Notes: a model not told the origin generated them from the letters alone. A stretch of 38,828 nucleotides of DNA from Zetaproteobacteria bacterium (GCA_028817975.1 JAPPOJ010000262.1:1-38828); one strand, 5' to 3'. Numbered from the stretch's first letter, positions 9,901-18,636 are shown. Program-made: numbers and translations.

Positions 9901-10123
9901 TTGCCAGCAAACGTGTCCTGCGGATGCTATTGAGTTTGGCAACGTCAAGGACCCGACAAGTCGTATTTCGAGTTTGCGGACACATTACCGTGCGTATACC
10001 ATGTTGAATGGAGATCCAGATCACCATCATTATGGTTTAAAGACGCTTCCTAGTGTAAACTACTTGGCGGAAGTGACGCTTAAAGAAGCCCCTGGTAAAA
10101 AGGAGACTGGCAGTGGGCACTAG
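6923..10123 (+). CDS. actB: Alternative complex III subunit B (molybdopterin-oxidoreductase-fold domain fused to an Fe-S domain; Tat lipoprotein)
   Basis: Twin-Arg DRRDVLRLFGASAVASSAGC, GRPVKIEG, ESWGD; C-terminal Fe-S motifs CTGCGACMIAC, CQHCNHAPCEAVCP, CVGTRYCANACP, KCSLC...CQQTCP; NPDVTVRTRGVMEKC. True start is probably TTG at 6938 (GGAG upstream). Confidence 0.93.
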   Translation: MRRVALSKQEVDELAKLAEKPEVFAPSGSFEAPVRDVKPGEYYAYAEERLPGITEVEGSVEADLPVSPQEKLATQGFSLDRRDVLRLFGASAVASSAGCIQRPEEHIVSYIRKPRDQVPGVATHYASTCDGCASSCGIVVKTKGGRPVKIEGHDEHPVSQGALCGVGQAGLQALYHPERLKGPRVRVGERLDETTWDDVFERIAKTLGSKAKIGILTGAPSGHALEFYKEVLSNMGQGEDQLYTWEPNGLFTSIAKAHEFAFGELDLPRVELSSAQLVVGISSDFLDVGTAPVFHGKGFSRGHAYALGKRGRFVAFESNYTLTGAKADERHVINPGAEVLVTLLLVRSLMEEPGSRGSVAQRKQIADILELQKSVLDEAYAKVGIEKTVFDELAHSLLQMPSVILAGGSSVFDHNATQLQLAAIFANILIGSYGATLMFEDGWMPCPVVPGDLKRLLSNAEDLDALIVVDTNPIFSAPPSWEVRKVLERIPFVVSIQNFPNEMDDVAEFVLPNNHYLESWGDAQPVAGFWSMRQPVVRSTTNSRQAEDILLWVLAYMEKSLPYKDYRAYLRKRWQKIYDMSGTKVSYDHFLQAVTRRGFVGRLQTRTVAELSNVRDHFRGLPEPLTELSLISPLDSRLHDGRYAHLPVLQEAGDPITTITWDTWAGFNPHTMEARGIRQGQVVKVKSSVGEIEVTAFAVPGVHKNLVVVPRGNGHQDHRSTISYKNGVNPLPLFLRAEDRYSGQPVTSNQKIEVVVTEKRYRLAALQKTSDIGERSDIIKKHSLATLKRNFNKKRDLDHVPDLFPKLEEGEYKWGMSIDLDRCTGCGACMIACSVENNVPQVGREQILLGRTMHWIRLDRYFHGDLNNPKATFQPVMCQHCNHAPCEAVCPVYATTHDEEGMNAMTYNRCVGTRYCANACPYKVRRFNWWTHKWGEMGKRQMDRNPRAVNPDVTVRTRGVMEKCSLCVGRIRDAKHVAKAEGRKVKDRDVRTACQQTCPADAIEFGNVKDPTSRISSLRTHYRAYTMLNGDPDHHHYGLKTLPSVNYLAEVTLKEAPGKKETGSGH

Positions 10124-10213
10124 TAGAGCTTTATCTCCAGCGTAGAATAGTAGTTAGGTTTCTTGGTATCTATTTGGCAGGGCAGCTACAGAGAAATAGT
10201 TTGGGGTGCTTTC

Positions 10214-11563
10214 ATGAGTGACGCGGTTGATTGGGATAAGTCGGTTTCGGACGTAAATAACGGTGTGCTGGCGGCCACTGGAAAGCCTCACCCTACATTT
10301 TATGTTGCTTTAGGGCTTTCACTAGTGTGTTTAGTGATTGGTATTGTCGCTTGGGCTTTGCAGATCACTTATGGTACAGGTATGGCTGGCTTGAATAGCC
10401 CTGTGTATTGGGGAGTGTATATCACCGACTTTGTTTTTTGGGTCGGGATCGGACATGCTGGTACGCTTATCTCAGCGATTCTGTTTTTGTTTCGAGCCAA
10501 GTGGCGCAACAGTATTAATCGCTCTGCAGAAGCGATGACTGTTTTTGCGGTTATCACGGCTGGCCTCTTCCCTTTGATTCATGTTGGGAGGGTATGGTTG
10601 GCAGCGTATTGGATGGTACCTCTCCCCAATACGAATAACCTTTGGGTGAATTTTCGTTCGCCATTGATGTGGGATGTCTTCGCGATTTCGACCTACCTGA
10701 CGGTTTCTTTAACGTTTTGGTATATGGGCCTTGTTCCTGATTTGGCTTCGATGCGGGATCGTACGCGCGGGTATAAGCGTTTAATATACGGCTTTCTTTC
10801 CTTTGGATGGACCGGCACACTGCGCCAGTGGCACCATTACGAAGCCGGTTATGGGTTTTTAGCAGCCCTCGCCACACCTCTGGTCCTTAGTGTACACTCC
10901 ATCGTTTCTTGGGATTTTGCGATGTCTGTGCAACCTGGTTGGCATACGACGATTTTCCCACCTTATTTCGTCGCAGGTGCGATCTTGTCGGGCTGCGCCA
11001 TGGTTTATACTTTGGTACTTCCCTTCCGTAAAATGTTTAATTTGGAAGGCTTCATTCGCCATGAGCACTTGGAGGCTTTGATTAAACTGACTTTGCTGAC
11101 GTCGACAATCGTTGCTTATGCTTATGGGATTGAGTTTTTCATTGCCTGGTACTCTGGAAACCCTTACGAGTGGATTATCTTTCAGAAACGGGCATACGGA
11201 CCATATGCTTTTTACTTCTGGGTCATGACGTTTTGTAACTGCGTCTTTCCGCTTGCCTTCTGGTCGAAAAAGGTGCGTAACAATACGACGGCCTGCTTTA
11301 TCATTTGTGTCTTGGTGAATGTGGGGATGTGGTTCGAAAGGTACAACATTATTATTTCTAGTTTGGTGGAGGATTTCATCCCTGGGTCTTGGGGGCATTA
11401 TGAGCCTTCTCTAACAGAAATAGCCATCACCATTGGTAGCTTTGGCTGGTTCTTTACCTGGTTATTGATCTTCTGCCGATTCTTTCCGTTTGTATCTATG
11501 TCGGAGTTGAAGCTCATTATGCCTAAACCAATGCGGCCTAAAGACAAGTCGTTAGCAGCATGA
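10214..11563 (+). CDS. actC: Alternative complex III quinol-oxidising membrane subunit C (NrfD/PsrC family)
   Basis: FVFWVGIGHAGTLISAIL, NRSAEAMT, NFRSPLMWDVFAISTY, LVLSVHSIVSWDFA, PGWHTTIFPPYFVAGAI, GMWFERY. ATG at 10214 chosen over the ORF-track TTG at 10163. Confidence 0.95.
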   Translation: MSDAVDWDKSVSDVNNGVLAATGKPHPTFYVALGLSLVCLVIGIVAWALQITYGTGMAGLNSPVYWGVYITDFVFWVGIGHAGTLISAILFLFRAKWRNSINRSAEAMTVFAVITAGLFPLIHVGRVWLAAYWMVPLPNTNNLWVNFRSPLMWDVFAISTYLTVSLTFWYMGLVPDLASMRDRTRGYKRLIYGFLSFGWTGTLRQWHHYEAGYGFLAALATPLVLSVHSIVSWDFAMSVQPGWHTTIFPPYFVAGAILSGCAMVYTLVLPFRKMFNLEGFIRHEHLEALIKLTLLTSTIVAYAYGIEFFIAWYSGNPYEWIIFQKRAYGPYAFYFWVMTFCNCVFPLAFWSKKVRNNTTACFIICVLVNVGMWFERYNIIISSLVEDFIPGSWGHYEPSLTEIAITIGSFGWFFTWLLIFCRFFPFVSMSELKLIMPKPMRPKDKSLAA

Positions 11564-11583
11564 TCTACTGAGAGGAGTAGGAA

Positions 11584-12114
11584 ATGGCCCGGGAAAAGGT
11601 ACCTGGAATTGTGGCTATCTTTAGCTATTTGGATGATATCTGCAAGACGGTGGAGACAATTGATAAGCGCCGCGATTTTGATGGTCATGAAGTGTATAGT
11701 CATACCTCTTACCATGAGTTGATCCACCTGGCTGAGGATAAATATGGTTCTAGTGAAGTCAAATGGTTTACCCTAGTGGGGGCCTTGACAGGAGTTTGCT
11801 CAGGCTTTGCGATGTGCCTGTGGATGGATTACGATTGGCCTATTGTCGTCGGCGGAAAAACAGCTGGGATTTATTCACTGCCAGCATATGTGGTCTTTGG
11901 CTTCGAGTTGATGATTTTGCTAGGGGCTTTAGCCACGATTCTTGGCATGTTTGTCATGGGACGTTTTCCCAACCCCAAAGATACTGTTTTGGACCCCAGA
12001 CTTTCGGATGATAAGTTTGCGGTTTACTTACCGGGGGTGAGTCCTGACAGCGAGCAGGCAAAGCTCTTAAAGGATTTGGGTGCGGAAGAAGTGTACTCGA
12101 CAACAGGTCGGTAG
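11584..12114 (+). CDS. actD: Alternative complex III subunit D (DUF3341)
   Basis: Two TM segments, DWPIVVGGK, PAYVVFGFELMIL, DPRLSDDKF, LGAEEV; SD GAGGAG; position after actC. Confidence 0.9.
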   Translation: MAREKVPGIVAIFSYLDDICKTVETIDKRRDFDGHEVYSHTSYHELIHLAEDKYGSSEVKWFTLVGALTGVCSGFAMCLWMDYDWPIVVGGKTAGIYSLPAYVVFGFELMILLGALATILGMFVMGRFPNPKDTVLDPRLSDDKFAVYLPGVSPDSEQAKLLKDLGAEEVYSTTGR

Positions 12115-12170
12115 GAGAATTAGGTGATACGACGCTTTGAAAGTGGACTGAAAAAATTAGGGGCAAAGTC

Positions 12171-12713
12171 ATGATCTTGGAACGGATGCGTTGTGGTGCT
12201 GCTGTCAGCTTACTTTCAGTGCTTGTCGTTGTGGGCTGCAAGAATAATGCAACAGAGACGAAGTGGCAGTATATGCCCGATATGGCCGATGCGCCTGCAG
12301 TGAAATCCCAGCTAAATTACTTACTGCCTCCAGAGCATTCTGTAGCGTATCAGGGAGTGCTGTATCCTCCAGATGAAGAGTTGGAAATGTGGGAGAAAAG
12401 GTTTCATAATCCTTATGTGGGGCACCCTAAGGAAGATATTTATCGTGCGGAAGGAGCAAAGCTATTTGCTTTTAACTGTGTGCCTTGTCATGGTGCAGAT
12501 GGCAAGGGCGAGGGGACGGTCACCGATGAGTTTCCAAAGCCACCTAGTATTGTGAATGAACTCAACTTGCAACGTCCGGACGGCTTTTTCTTTCATAAGA
12601 TCACTGTTGGAGGTCCACTCATGCCGAGTCGCGCGGAAGATACGTACCCTCACGAGCGTTGGAAGATTATTTTGCATTTGCGTCGTTTGCAGGAAAAATA
12701 TGCGAGCGAATAA
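12171..12713 (+). CDS. actE: Alternative complex III monoheme cytochrome c lipoprotein subunit E
   Basis: Lipobox VVVGC, QYMPDM, a single CVPCH, GKGEG, MPS (axial Met candidate), ERWKIILHLRRLQ. Confidence 0.9.
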   Translation: MILERMRCGAAVSLLSVLVVVGCKNNATETKWQYMPDMADAPAVKSQLNYLLPPEHSVAYQGVLYPPDEELEMWEKRFHNPYVGHPKEDIYRAEGAKLFAFNCVPCHGADGKGEGTVTDEFPKPPSIVNELNLQRPDGFFFHKITVGGPLMPSRAEDTYPHERWKIILHLRRLQEKYASE

Positions 12714-12767
12714 GCCAGGAATGGACCCTGATAAGCAGATTTATATCACCAGCCAGAGGTTTAGTTT

Positions 12768-14018
12768 ATGAAGTATGAAGAGCTTTTTGCAAATCGGCAA
12801 AGGTTACTTTTAACTCAGGCACCTACCACAAAGGCTATCTTTATTGCGATGGTAGCTGTGGGGGTTGTCGGTTTTCTTTTTGGTGTTTTATCGCCAGGGT
12901 CGGGAAAAAGAGCTTGGGCCAGTTTGTTGCTCAATGCAATGTTTTTTTACTCCTTGGCTTTGGGTGGTGTCGCTTTTGGCAATATGCAAGATGTTGTGGG
13001 TGCTTTATGGGGAAGGCCGATTAAAAGGATTCATGAGTCCTTTGGCTGCTTCTTGCCATGGATGAGCTTAGTTCTGGCGGCTTTTATTTTGGCGGTTCGC
13101 TTTGATCTTGCGGATGCTGGTAAGGTCTACTCTTGGGTTGCAGACCCTCATATTTTAGACCATTTTCACGGAAAAGATGTGTGGTTGCAGGTAGACTTTA
13201 TGCTGGTTCGTGACTTGCTTTGTTTAGCGGTTACTTATGGCTTGGTACGTTGGCACCTGGGGATGACACACACGCGTGATCAGCTATTTATGGAGGGTAA
13301 ACAAGAGCAGGCTCAGAAGTATGGGGAAGAAGTCCGGCAGAAATTGAGGCATTGGTCAGCCCCAGTGATGGTCGTATACTCTCTGTGTTTTTCTGTTATT
13401 TGTTTTGATTTAACCATGTCACTTGCACCAACCTGGTTTTCCACACTATGGGCGGGTTGGAGCTTTGCGATTATGATGCATATTTTAATGGCATCGACGC
13501 TTTTATTTCTCTTTTTCTTTAAAAACCGTGACATGGGTCAGTATATTAAGCGTCAGCAATTTCATGACATTGGTAAGTTGCTATTTGGTTTTACGGTATT
13601 TTTTGCGTATCTGACCTATGCACACGTCCTGACATATTGGTACGGGAACGTACCTGAGGAGACGTCCTATTTCCACTTGCGCCTTGAGCAGCCTTGGAAG
13701 ACGATGATTATGTTTTCTCCGTTGTGGTGGTTCTTTGTACCTTTCATTTCTTTAATTTGGAAGTCCAGCAAGTGGACGACCTGGGTTGCGATTCCGGTGA
13801 GCGTGGTGGTGCTATGTGCACAATGGTTCAACTATGTTCTTGTGGTCATCCCAGAGGTTGTTCCTGGTACGGAGTGGAATGGCCCGTGGGTCGAATTACC
13901 TATCTTTGTGGGCTGTCTCGGAGGCTTTTTGTGGAGTTTGAGTAGCATTTGGGGTAAAGTTCCTTTGCTAAGTGTGGCAGACCCTTTACTGTTGCAATAC
14001 TATGATGAGGCGCACTAG
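12768..14018 (+). CDS. actF: Alternative complex III membrane subunit F
   Basis: About 10 TM helices; KRIHES, FDLTMSLAPTWFSTL, FHDIGKLLFGF, YWYGNVPEET; last gene of the act operon. Confidence 0.9.
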   Translation: MKYEELFANRQRLLLTQAPTTKAIFIAMVAVGVVGFLFGVLSPGSGKRAWASLLLNAMFFYSLALGGVAFGNMQDVVGALWGRPIKRIHESFGCFLPWMSLVLAAFILAVRFDLADAGKVYSWVADPHILDHFHGKDVWLQVDFMLVRDLLCLAVTYGLVRWHLGMTHTRDQLFMEGKQEQAQKYGEEVRQKLRHWSAPVMVVYSLCFSVICFDLTMSLAPTWFSTLWAGWSFAIMMHILMASTLLFLFFFKNRDMGQYIKRQQFHDIGKLLFGFTVFFAYLTYAHVLTYWYGNVPEETSYFHLRLEQPWKTMIMFSPLWWFFVPFISLIWKSSKWTTWVAIPVSVVVLCAQWFNYVLVVIPEVVPGTEWNGPWVELPIFVGCLGGFLWSLSSIWGKVPLLSVADPLLLQYYDEAH

Positions 14019-14046
14019 CCTCTTGGCTTGGGTGAACCTCTGTAGT

Positions 14047-15294
14047 TTAAGAATTTTCGGCGGTGTCCTTGTATTCTGCTCGTGCACTTTTGACTTTCTC
14101 CACTAAAGAGGTGTCTGGAGTGTTGCCTTCGCTTTTGATGTCACGTGCTACCCTTGCAAGTGCTGCGTACGCCTTTTCAAACTTGGGTTCGGAGATGTAA
14201 CTTTCGCAGAGCAATTCGAAGCTTTTGGGTAAATCCCCTTTGCGCTTCCAAGCTAGGCCAAGGTTGTAGACAAGTAGGTGTGTTTTGGCTTTGTCGGCTA
14301 AGAGTGAAATGGCATTTTCATAAGTTTGAATGGCTTCATCAAAGCTTGCTGTAGCTGCTTTTGCGATAGCAATATTATTAAAATGTGAGGCGAGTACGTC
14401 TCCATTTTGGGTTTGTGCTAGAAACTCTGCTGCAAGAGAAAGGTTGCCCTCCTTAAAGGCTAACTTACCTTGTTCTTCTTTTGCTTGTTCATTGTCCTCG
14501 TCAAGCTCTTCGACACGTTTAAAAACGTCCTTAGCCTTGTCGTGCTCATCTGCTTCTACGTATGCAGAACCTAGGGATACGAGAGAGGTGAGGTTTTGTG
14601 GTGAGTTTTCCACCATCTTTTCCAAAAGAGCAATAGCCTCTTCGTGTGCTCCTTTCATAGAACATAGTCGTGCTTTAAGCCGTAGAATATTGGTGTCGTC
14701 AGGTTTTTCTTCAATGAGTATGGCAATCGTGTGTTCAGCTTTTTCCAGGTTTTTAATTCCTAACCATATTTCAGCTAGATGTACCTGTGCCCTGAAGCGA
14801 ACAGGGCTGTTTTTTTTCGTTAAAGGTCCATCAAACCATTTAAGAGCCTCATTAAACTTACCTTCGGTCACTAACTGTTCAATTTTGCGTATTTTCTTTT
14901 CTTCGGCGGTGATGCTTTCTTCTCTGCGGATCAGTTCTTGGAGCTGGTTAAAAGCTTTTTCTTTATCAAAAGGCATGCCGAGAATGTCGTCAAAACCCAG
15001 CTCTTGGGTGAGACGAATATCTTCTTCGGACATACGTTTGGAAAAAATAAGACATGGAAGATGCGGTTTTTTGAGACGCAATTTTTGAATAATGATGGTT
15101 CCTGGAGTTGTTTCCATCTCCCATGCGCAGATGATTAGGTGGGGGTTTTCTGCTTTGGCGAGCGAGTCTGCATGTGCTCCTGTGGTGGCTGTATTTACTT
15201 GAATCGCTTTGCCAAGGTCTTGGATCAGCATCTCCCAGAAAAGTAGATTGCTTTCAACTTCATCGACAATCAGGATTTTGGATATTTTGGCCAT
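14047..15294 (-). CDS. Pseudo-receiver (REC-like) domain + tetratricopeptide repeat protein
   Basis: N-terminal KILIVDE...PHLIICAWEM...PCLIFS receiver fold followed by TPR-like repeats (HEEAIALLEKMVENSPQN, FDEAIQTYENAI, YNLGLAW). ATG at 15294 has GGAG upstream; the ORF track starts at GTG 15303. Confidence 0.82.
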   Translation of the reverse strand: MAKISKILIVDEVESNLLFWEMLIQDLGKAIQVNTATTGAHADSLAKAENPHLIICAWEMETTPGTIIIQKLRLKKPHLPCLIFSKRMSEEDIRLTQELGFDDILGMPFDKEKAFNQLQELIRREESITAEEKKIRKIEQLVTEGKFNEALKWFDGPLTKKNSPVRFRAQVHLAEIWLGIKNLEKAEHTIAILIEEKPDDTNILRLKARLCSMKGAHEEAIALLEKMVENSPQNLTSLVSLGSAYVEADEHDKAKDVFKRVEELDEDNEQAKEEQGKLAFKEGNLSLAAEFLAQTQNGDVLASHFNNIAIAKAATASFDEAIQTYENAISLLADKAKTHLLVYNLGLAWKRKGDLPKSFELLCESYISEPKFEKAYAALARVARDIKSEGNTPDTSLVEKVKSARAEYKDTAENS

Positions 15295-15371
15295 ATGAAT
15301 CACTCCGCAGCTTAACTATGTTAGATTTTCTGAAAGTAGTTTTGATTTTTTCCACTTATCATTTTAATGCG

Positions 15372-15391
15372 TATGAGATGGGCATCTCTTA
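15372..15391. promoter_or_regulatory. Inverted repeat TAtGAGATG-GG-CATCTCtTA, candidate transcription-factor site between the divergent REC-TPR and PEPCK genes
   Basis: Perfect 6-2-6 core GAGATG/CATCTC (15375-15388), just upstream of a putative -35 box. Confidence 0.4.
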
Positions 15392-15407
15392 TTATGGGTT
15401 GAATAGC

Positions 15408-15437
15408 TTGACTGCTTGGACCGTCACAGAATATCTT
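15408..15437 (+). promoter_or_regulatory. Putative sigma-70 promoter of PEPCK
   Basis: TTGACT (15408-15413), 18 nt spacer, TATCTT (15432-15437). Confidence 0.4.
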
Positions 15438-15537
15438 GAAAGTATCCTACGATGGTGAATCTTTCACTGGACTCGAAGAATAATGGGGGAGTCTTCCTTA
15501 ATAAAAATGCTCATATTGTTGCGCTGAAGGGAGTTTT

Positions 15538-17292
15538 ATGAACGTGAATGTGGATCATCATGAGTTAGTAAAATGGGTTCAAGAAGTCGAAAAGCTCACA
15601 CAGCCGGAAAAAGTGGTTTGGTGTAATGGGAGTGAAGAGGAGTATCAGACCTTTACCCAGCAGATGCTGCAGTCGGGAGACTTCCTTGCTTTGAACCAGC
15701 AGACTCATCCAGGATGCTACTTACATCGTTCTAGCCCTGATGATGTTGCTCGTACGGAACACCTCACCTTTGTCTGTACTCACGAACGAGAAGATGCAGG
15801 GCCTAACAATAATTGGATGTCTCCTGAAGATGGGCACAATAAAGTCGACGCCTTGTTTGCTGGGTGTATGCGCGGCCGTACGATGTACGTTGTGCCTTAT
15901 TGCATGGGACCTTTGGATTCTCCATTTTCCCGTTGTGGAGTAGAAATTACTGATAGTTTGTATGTTGTCGTGAACATGAAGATTATGACGAGGATGGGAG
16001 AGGTAGCCCTTAAAAAAATCTTACAAGAGAAGGCTTTTGTACGTGGTTTGCATTCTACGGGTGACCTTAAGATTGAGAATCGCCTTATTATGCACTTTCC
16101 AGAAGAGCTGATGATTAAGAGTATTGGCTCGGGATATGGGGGGAACGCTTTACTCGGTAAGAAGTGTCACGCCTTACGTATTGGCAGCTATCAAGCGCGG
16201 TCGGAAGGTTGGCTTGCGGAGCATATGCTCATTCTTGGTTTGGAAAGCCCTGAGGGAGAAAAGACATATATTGCAGCGGCTTTCCCATCCCAGTGTGGCA
16301 AAACCAACTTGGCGATGCTTATTCCTCCCGAATCCTATCAAGGCTGGAAAATATGGACTGTTGGAGATGATATTGCATGGATACACCCTGGTGAGGACGG
16401 ACGTTTGTATGCGATTAATCCTGAAGCAGGTTTCTTTGGAGTTGCTCCGGGAACTTCTGAAAAGACCAATCCGAATGCGATGGCTATGTTGAATCGCGAT
16501 GCTATTTTCACGAATGTTGGGGTTACAGAAGACCAGCAGCCGTGGTGGGAAGGCTTGAAGTCGGGAGACCCTGTTTTAAACTGGAGAGGAGAGTCTCTCT
16601 CGGAAGCCCCAGGGCAGCCCGTAGCTCACCCCAACAGTCGTTTTACAGTTTCGGCTAAGCAGTGTCCTAGCTACACTGAGGAGATGGAGAGCCCTCATGG
16701 CGTGCCCCTCTCGGCGATTATTTTTGGTGGTCGCCGGCCTTCTCTTATTCCTCTCGTCTTTGAGGCCAAGTCATGGGCTCACGGAGTATGGGTGGGTGCG
16801 AGCGTAGGGTCGGAAACCACAGCTGCGGCCACAGGGCAGGTCGGGGTGTTGCGTCGAGATCCCATGGCTATGAAGCCGTTCTGTGGATATAATTTCGCCG
16901 ATTATTGGGGGCACTGGCTCGAATTTGCAGATAAGCCTTCACAGTTACCCAAAATTTTTCACGTAAACTGGTTTCGGCAGACAGATGCAGGCGAGTTTAT
17001 TTGGCCTGGGTTTGGGGAAAATATTCGCGTTTTGGAGTGGATTGTTGCACGCTGCCGTGGAAAAGTTGAGGCAAAATCAACTCCGATTGGTTATGTCCCT
17101 CATATTGAAGATATTTCGCGGGTTGGGCTCAAGCTGAGTCAAGCGTCTTTGGAAGGCTTGTTAACAGTGGATCGCGCCGGATGGCAAAAGGAACTCGAGT
17201 CGACCTGTCGTTATATGCAGACGTATGGAGATCGTCTGCCTTCTGTGTTCTCCGAGATTCAAGAGGAAATTCTTGCGGATTTAAAAGCCTAA
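15538..17292 (+). CDS. pckG: Phosphoenolpyruvate carboxykinase (GTP)
   Basis: DVART, GSGYGGNALLGKKC, EGWLAEHM, AAFPSQCGKTNLAM, VGDDIAW, AINPEAGFFGVAPGT, HPNSRF, IIFGGRR, DPMAMKPFCGYN, VNWFR, WPGFGEN. Confidence 0.97.
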   Translation: MNVNVDHHELVKWVQEVEKLTQPEKVVWCNGSEEEYQTFTQQMLQSGDFLALNQQTHPGCYLHRSSPDDVARTEHLTFVCTHEREDAGPNNNWMSPEDGHNKVDALFAGCMRGRTMYVVPYCMGPLDSPFSRCGVEITDSLYVVVNMKIMTRMGEVALKKILQEKAFVRGLHSTGDLKIENRLIMHFPEELMIKSIGSGYGGNALLGKKCHALRIGSYQARSEGWLAEHMLILGLESPEGEKTYIAAAFPSQCGKTNLAMLIPPESYQGWKIWTVGDDIAWIHPGEDGRLYAINPEAGFFGVAPGTSEKTNPNAMAMLNRDAIFTNVGVTEDQQPWWEGLKSGDPVLNWRGESLSEAPGQPVAHPNSRFTVSAKQCPSYTEEMESPHGVPLSAIIFGGRRPSLIPLVFEAKSWAHGVWVGASVGSETTAAATGQVGVLRRDPMAMKPFCGYNFADYWGHWLEFADKPSQLPKIFHVNWFRQTDAGEFIWPGFGENIRVLEWIVARCRGKVEAKSTPIGYVPHIEDISRVGLKLSQASLEGLLTVDRAGWQKELESTCRYMQTYGDRLPSVFSEIQEEILADLKA

Positions 17293-17379
17293 CCTTGTTG
17301 GCTCCAAAGGAAATTTATATCGATTGAACGAGTGGCCAAGTGTGTCGTGGGCATGCTGCGCTCCACTTTTAAATAAATG

Positions 17380-17407
17380 TTGACTTTTTTCAAAACATTG
17401 CTATCCT
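17380..17407 (+). promoter_or_regulatory. Putative sigma-70 promoter (extended -10) of brnQ
   Basis: TTGACT (17380-17385), 16 nt spacer, TGn-TATCCT (-10 at 17402-17407), preceded by an AT-rich UP-like tract; SD AGGAG precedes the TTG start. Confidence 0.55.
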
Positions 17408-17448
17408 TGCCTCACCTTTTGGAATAACCGTTTTAGGAGTGCCGTAGT

Positions 17449-18636
17449 TTGAGTGGAAGTCCACAGACTGCAGTGTGGAAAAATATTGGCAAGTATACGA
17501 CTTTTGGCATGGCCTTATTTGCAATGTTTTTTGGCTCTGGAAATATTGTCTTTCCCATCTTCGTGGGCGTAAATGCTGGGAGTCAATTTTGGGCTGCTTA
17601 TGCGGGGCTTGTATTGACCGCAGTCTGCTTGCCCTTATTTGGTCTTGTCAGCTTATCTTTGTATGATGGCAAACTCAAAGCCTTCTTTGGTCGGGTAGGG
17701 GCTTTGCCTAGTTGGTTTCTGATTGCAGTGATTTTCTTATTAGCTGGCCCTATAGGGGTCATGCCAAGGTGCATTCTCATTTCCTTTGGCTCCTTGCAAC
17801 GAGTGTTTCCTGGCTTAGAGCTTTTTTGGTTTGCGTTGGGGAGCGTGGTGGTGATTTATGTCCTTTGTTTGCGTCCCTCGCGCGTTATTGAAGTTGTGGG
17901 GCGTGTTTTGACACCTGTCTTGCTCATGACCTTATTGATGATGGTTTTTTCTTCCTTTTGGGGGGAAGTGCAGCCGGTGCAGGTCATCCCTTCCAAGTCG
18001 TGGTTAGACGCAGTGGGGTTTGGTTTTGCACAAGGTTACAATACGATGGACCTTTTTGGAGCCTTTGTCTTTGCTGATATTGCGATGTCGGGAGCTAGGC
18101 AGATTTTTCCTACAGCTACTGCAAATATGCAGGTTTTAATTCGTACCTATATGCGTGCGAGTATACTTGGTTTGGGCTTATTGGCTCTTGTCTATCTTGG
18201 AGTAGGCATGGTCGGTGTTCGTTATGCACATTTGTTGACAGAAGAACGTTTGGATCAGCTGCTTAGTTTAACCGCTTTATATACTATGGGGCGTTATGGG
18301 GAAGTTTTGGTCTCTGTGTTGGTGGGCTTAGCTTGTCTAACTACCGTGATTTCTTTGACGGTGTCTTTCTCTCGCTTTGTCTGTGAAGAAGTTTTAGCTG
18401 CCAAGCTTGGTTACCCTTGGGTTCTTTTGGGGGCATTGTGTGTGACGTTTGTAGCATGCCAATTTGACTTTGCCCCGGTTCAGAGGTTTATTTCTCAAGT
18501 CCTTGAGCTACTTATGCCTGCTTTAATTGTGATTACGGTCTGTAATTTTTTGCATAAGCGCTTCCATTTTTCTATGGTAAAAACGCCTTTTTGGCTGACT
18601 TTATTCCTAACTTTGCTCTGCAAAGGTTATTTATAG
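17449..18636 (+). CDS. brnQ: Branched-chain amino acid:cation symporter (LIVCS family)
   Basis: GMALFAMFFGSGNIVFP, GPIGVMPR, GRVLTPVLL, QGYNTMD, LACLTT; about 12 TM; TTG start with AGGAG. Confidence 0.92.
   Translation: MSGSPQTAVWKNIGKYTTFGMALFAMFFGSGNIVFPIFVGVNAGSQFWAAYAGLVLTAVCLPLFGLVSLSLYDGKLKAFFGRVGALPSWFLIAVIFLLAGPIGVMPRCILISFGSLQRVFPGLELFWFALGSVVVIYVLCLRPSRVIEVVGRVLTPVLLMTLLMMVFSSFWGEVQPVQVIPSKSWLDAVGFGFAQGYNTMDLFGAFVFADIAMSGARQIFPTATANMQVLIRTYMRASILGLGLLALVYLGVGMVGVRYAHLLTEERLDQLLSLTALYTMGRYGEVLVSVLVGLACLTTVISLTVSFSRFVCEEVLAAKLGYPWVLLGALCVTFVACQFDFAPVQRFISQVLELLMPALIVITVCNFLHKRFHFSMVKTPFWLTLFLTLLCKGYL

Noticed and set aside
6923-11563. Annotation as polysulfide/tetrathionate reductase or Nrf/Qrc
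   Set aside because: The fused B subunit, pentaheme A, DUF3341, monoheme E and second NrfD-like F subunit are diagnostic of alternative complex III.
14330-15088. 252-aa plus-strand ORF
   Set aside because: Antisense shadow of the REC-TPR gene; Ser-rich, as expected from reverse-complemented Glu/Lys codons, and without motifs.
15455-15467. GTGAA-TCT-TTCAC inverted repeat resembling a Rex operator in the PEPCK leader
   Set aside because: The spacer is 3 nt rather than the 4 nt of TTGTGAA-N4-TTCACAA, and the flanks do not match.
17293-17310. CCTTGTTGGCTCCAAAGG hairpin after PEPCK as a terminator
   Set aside because: Weak bulged stem, tiny loop and no adjacent U-tract.
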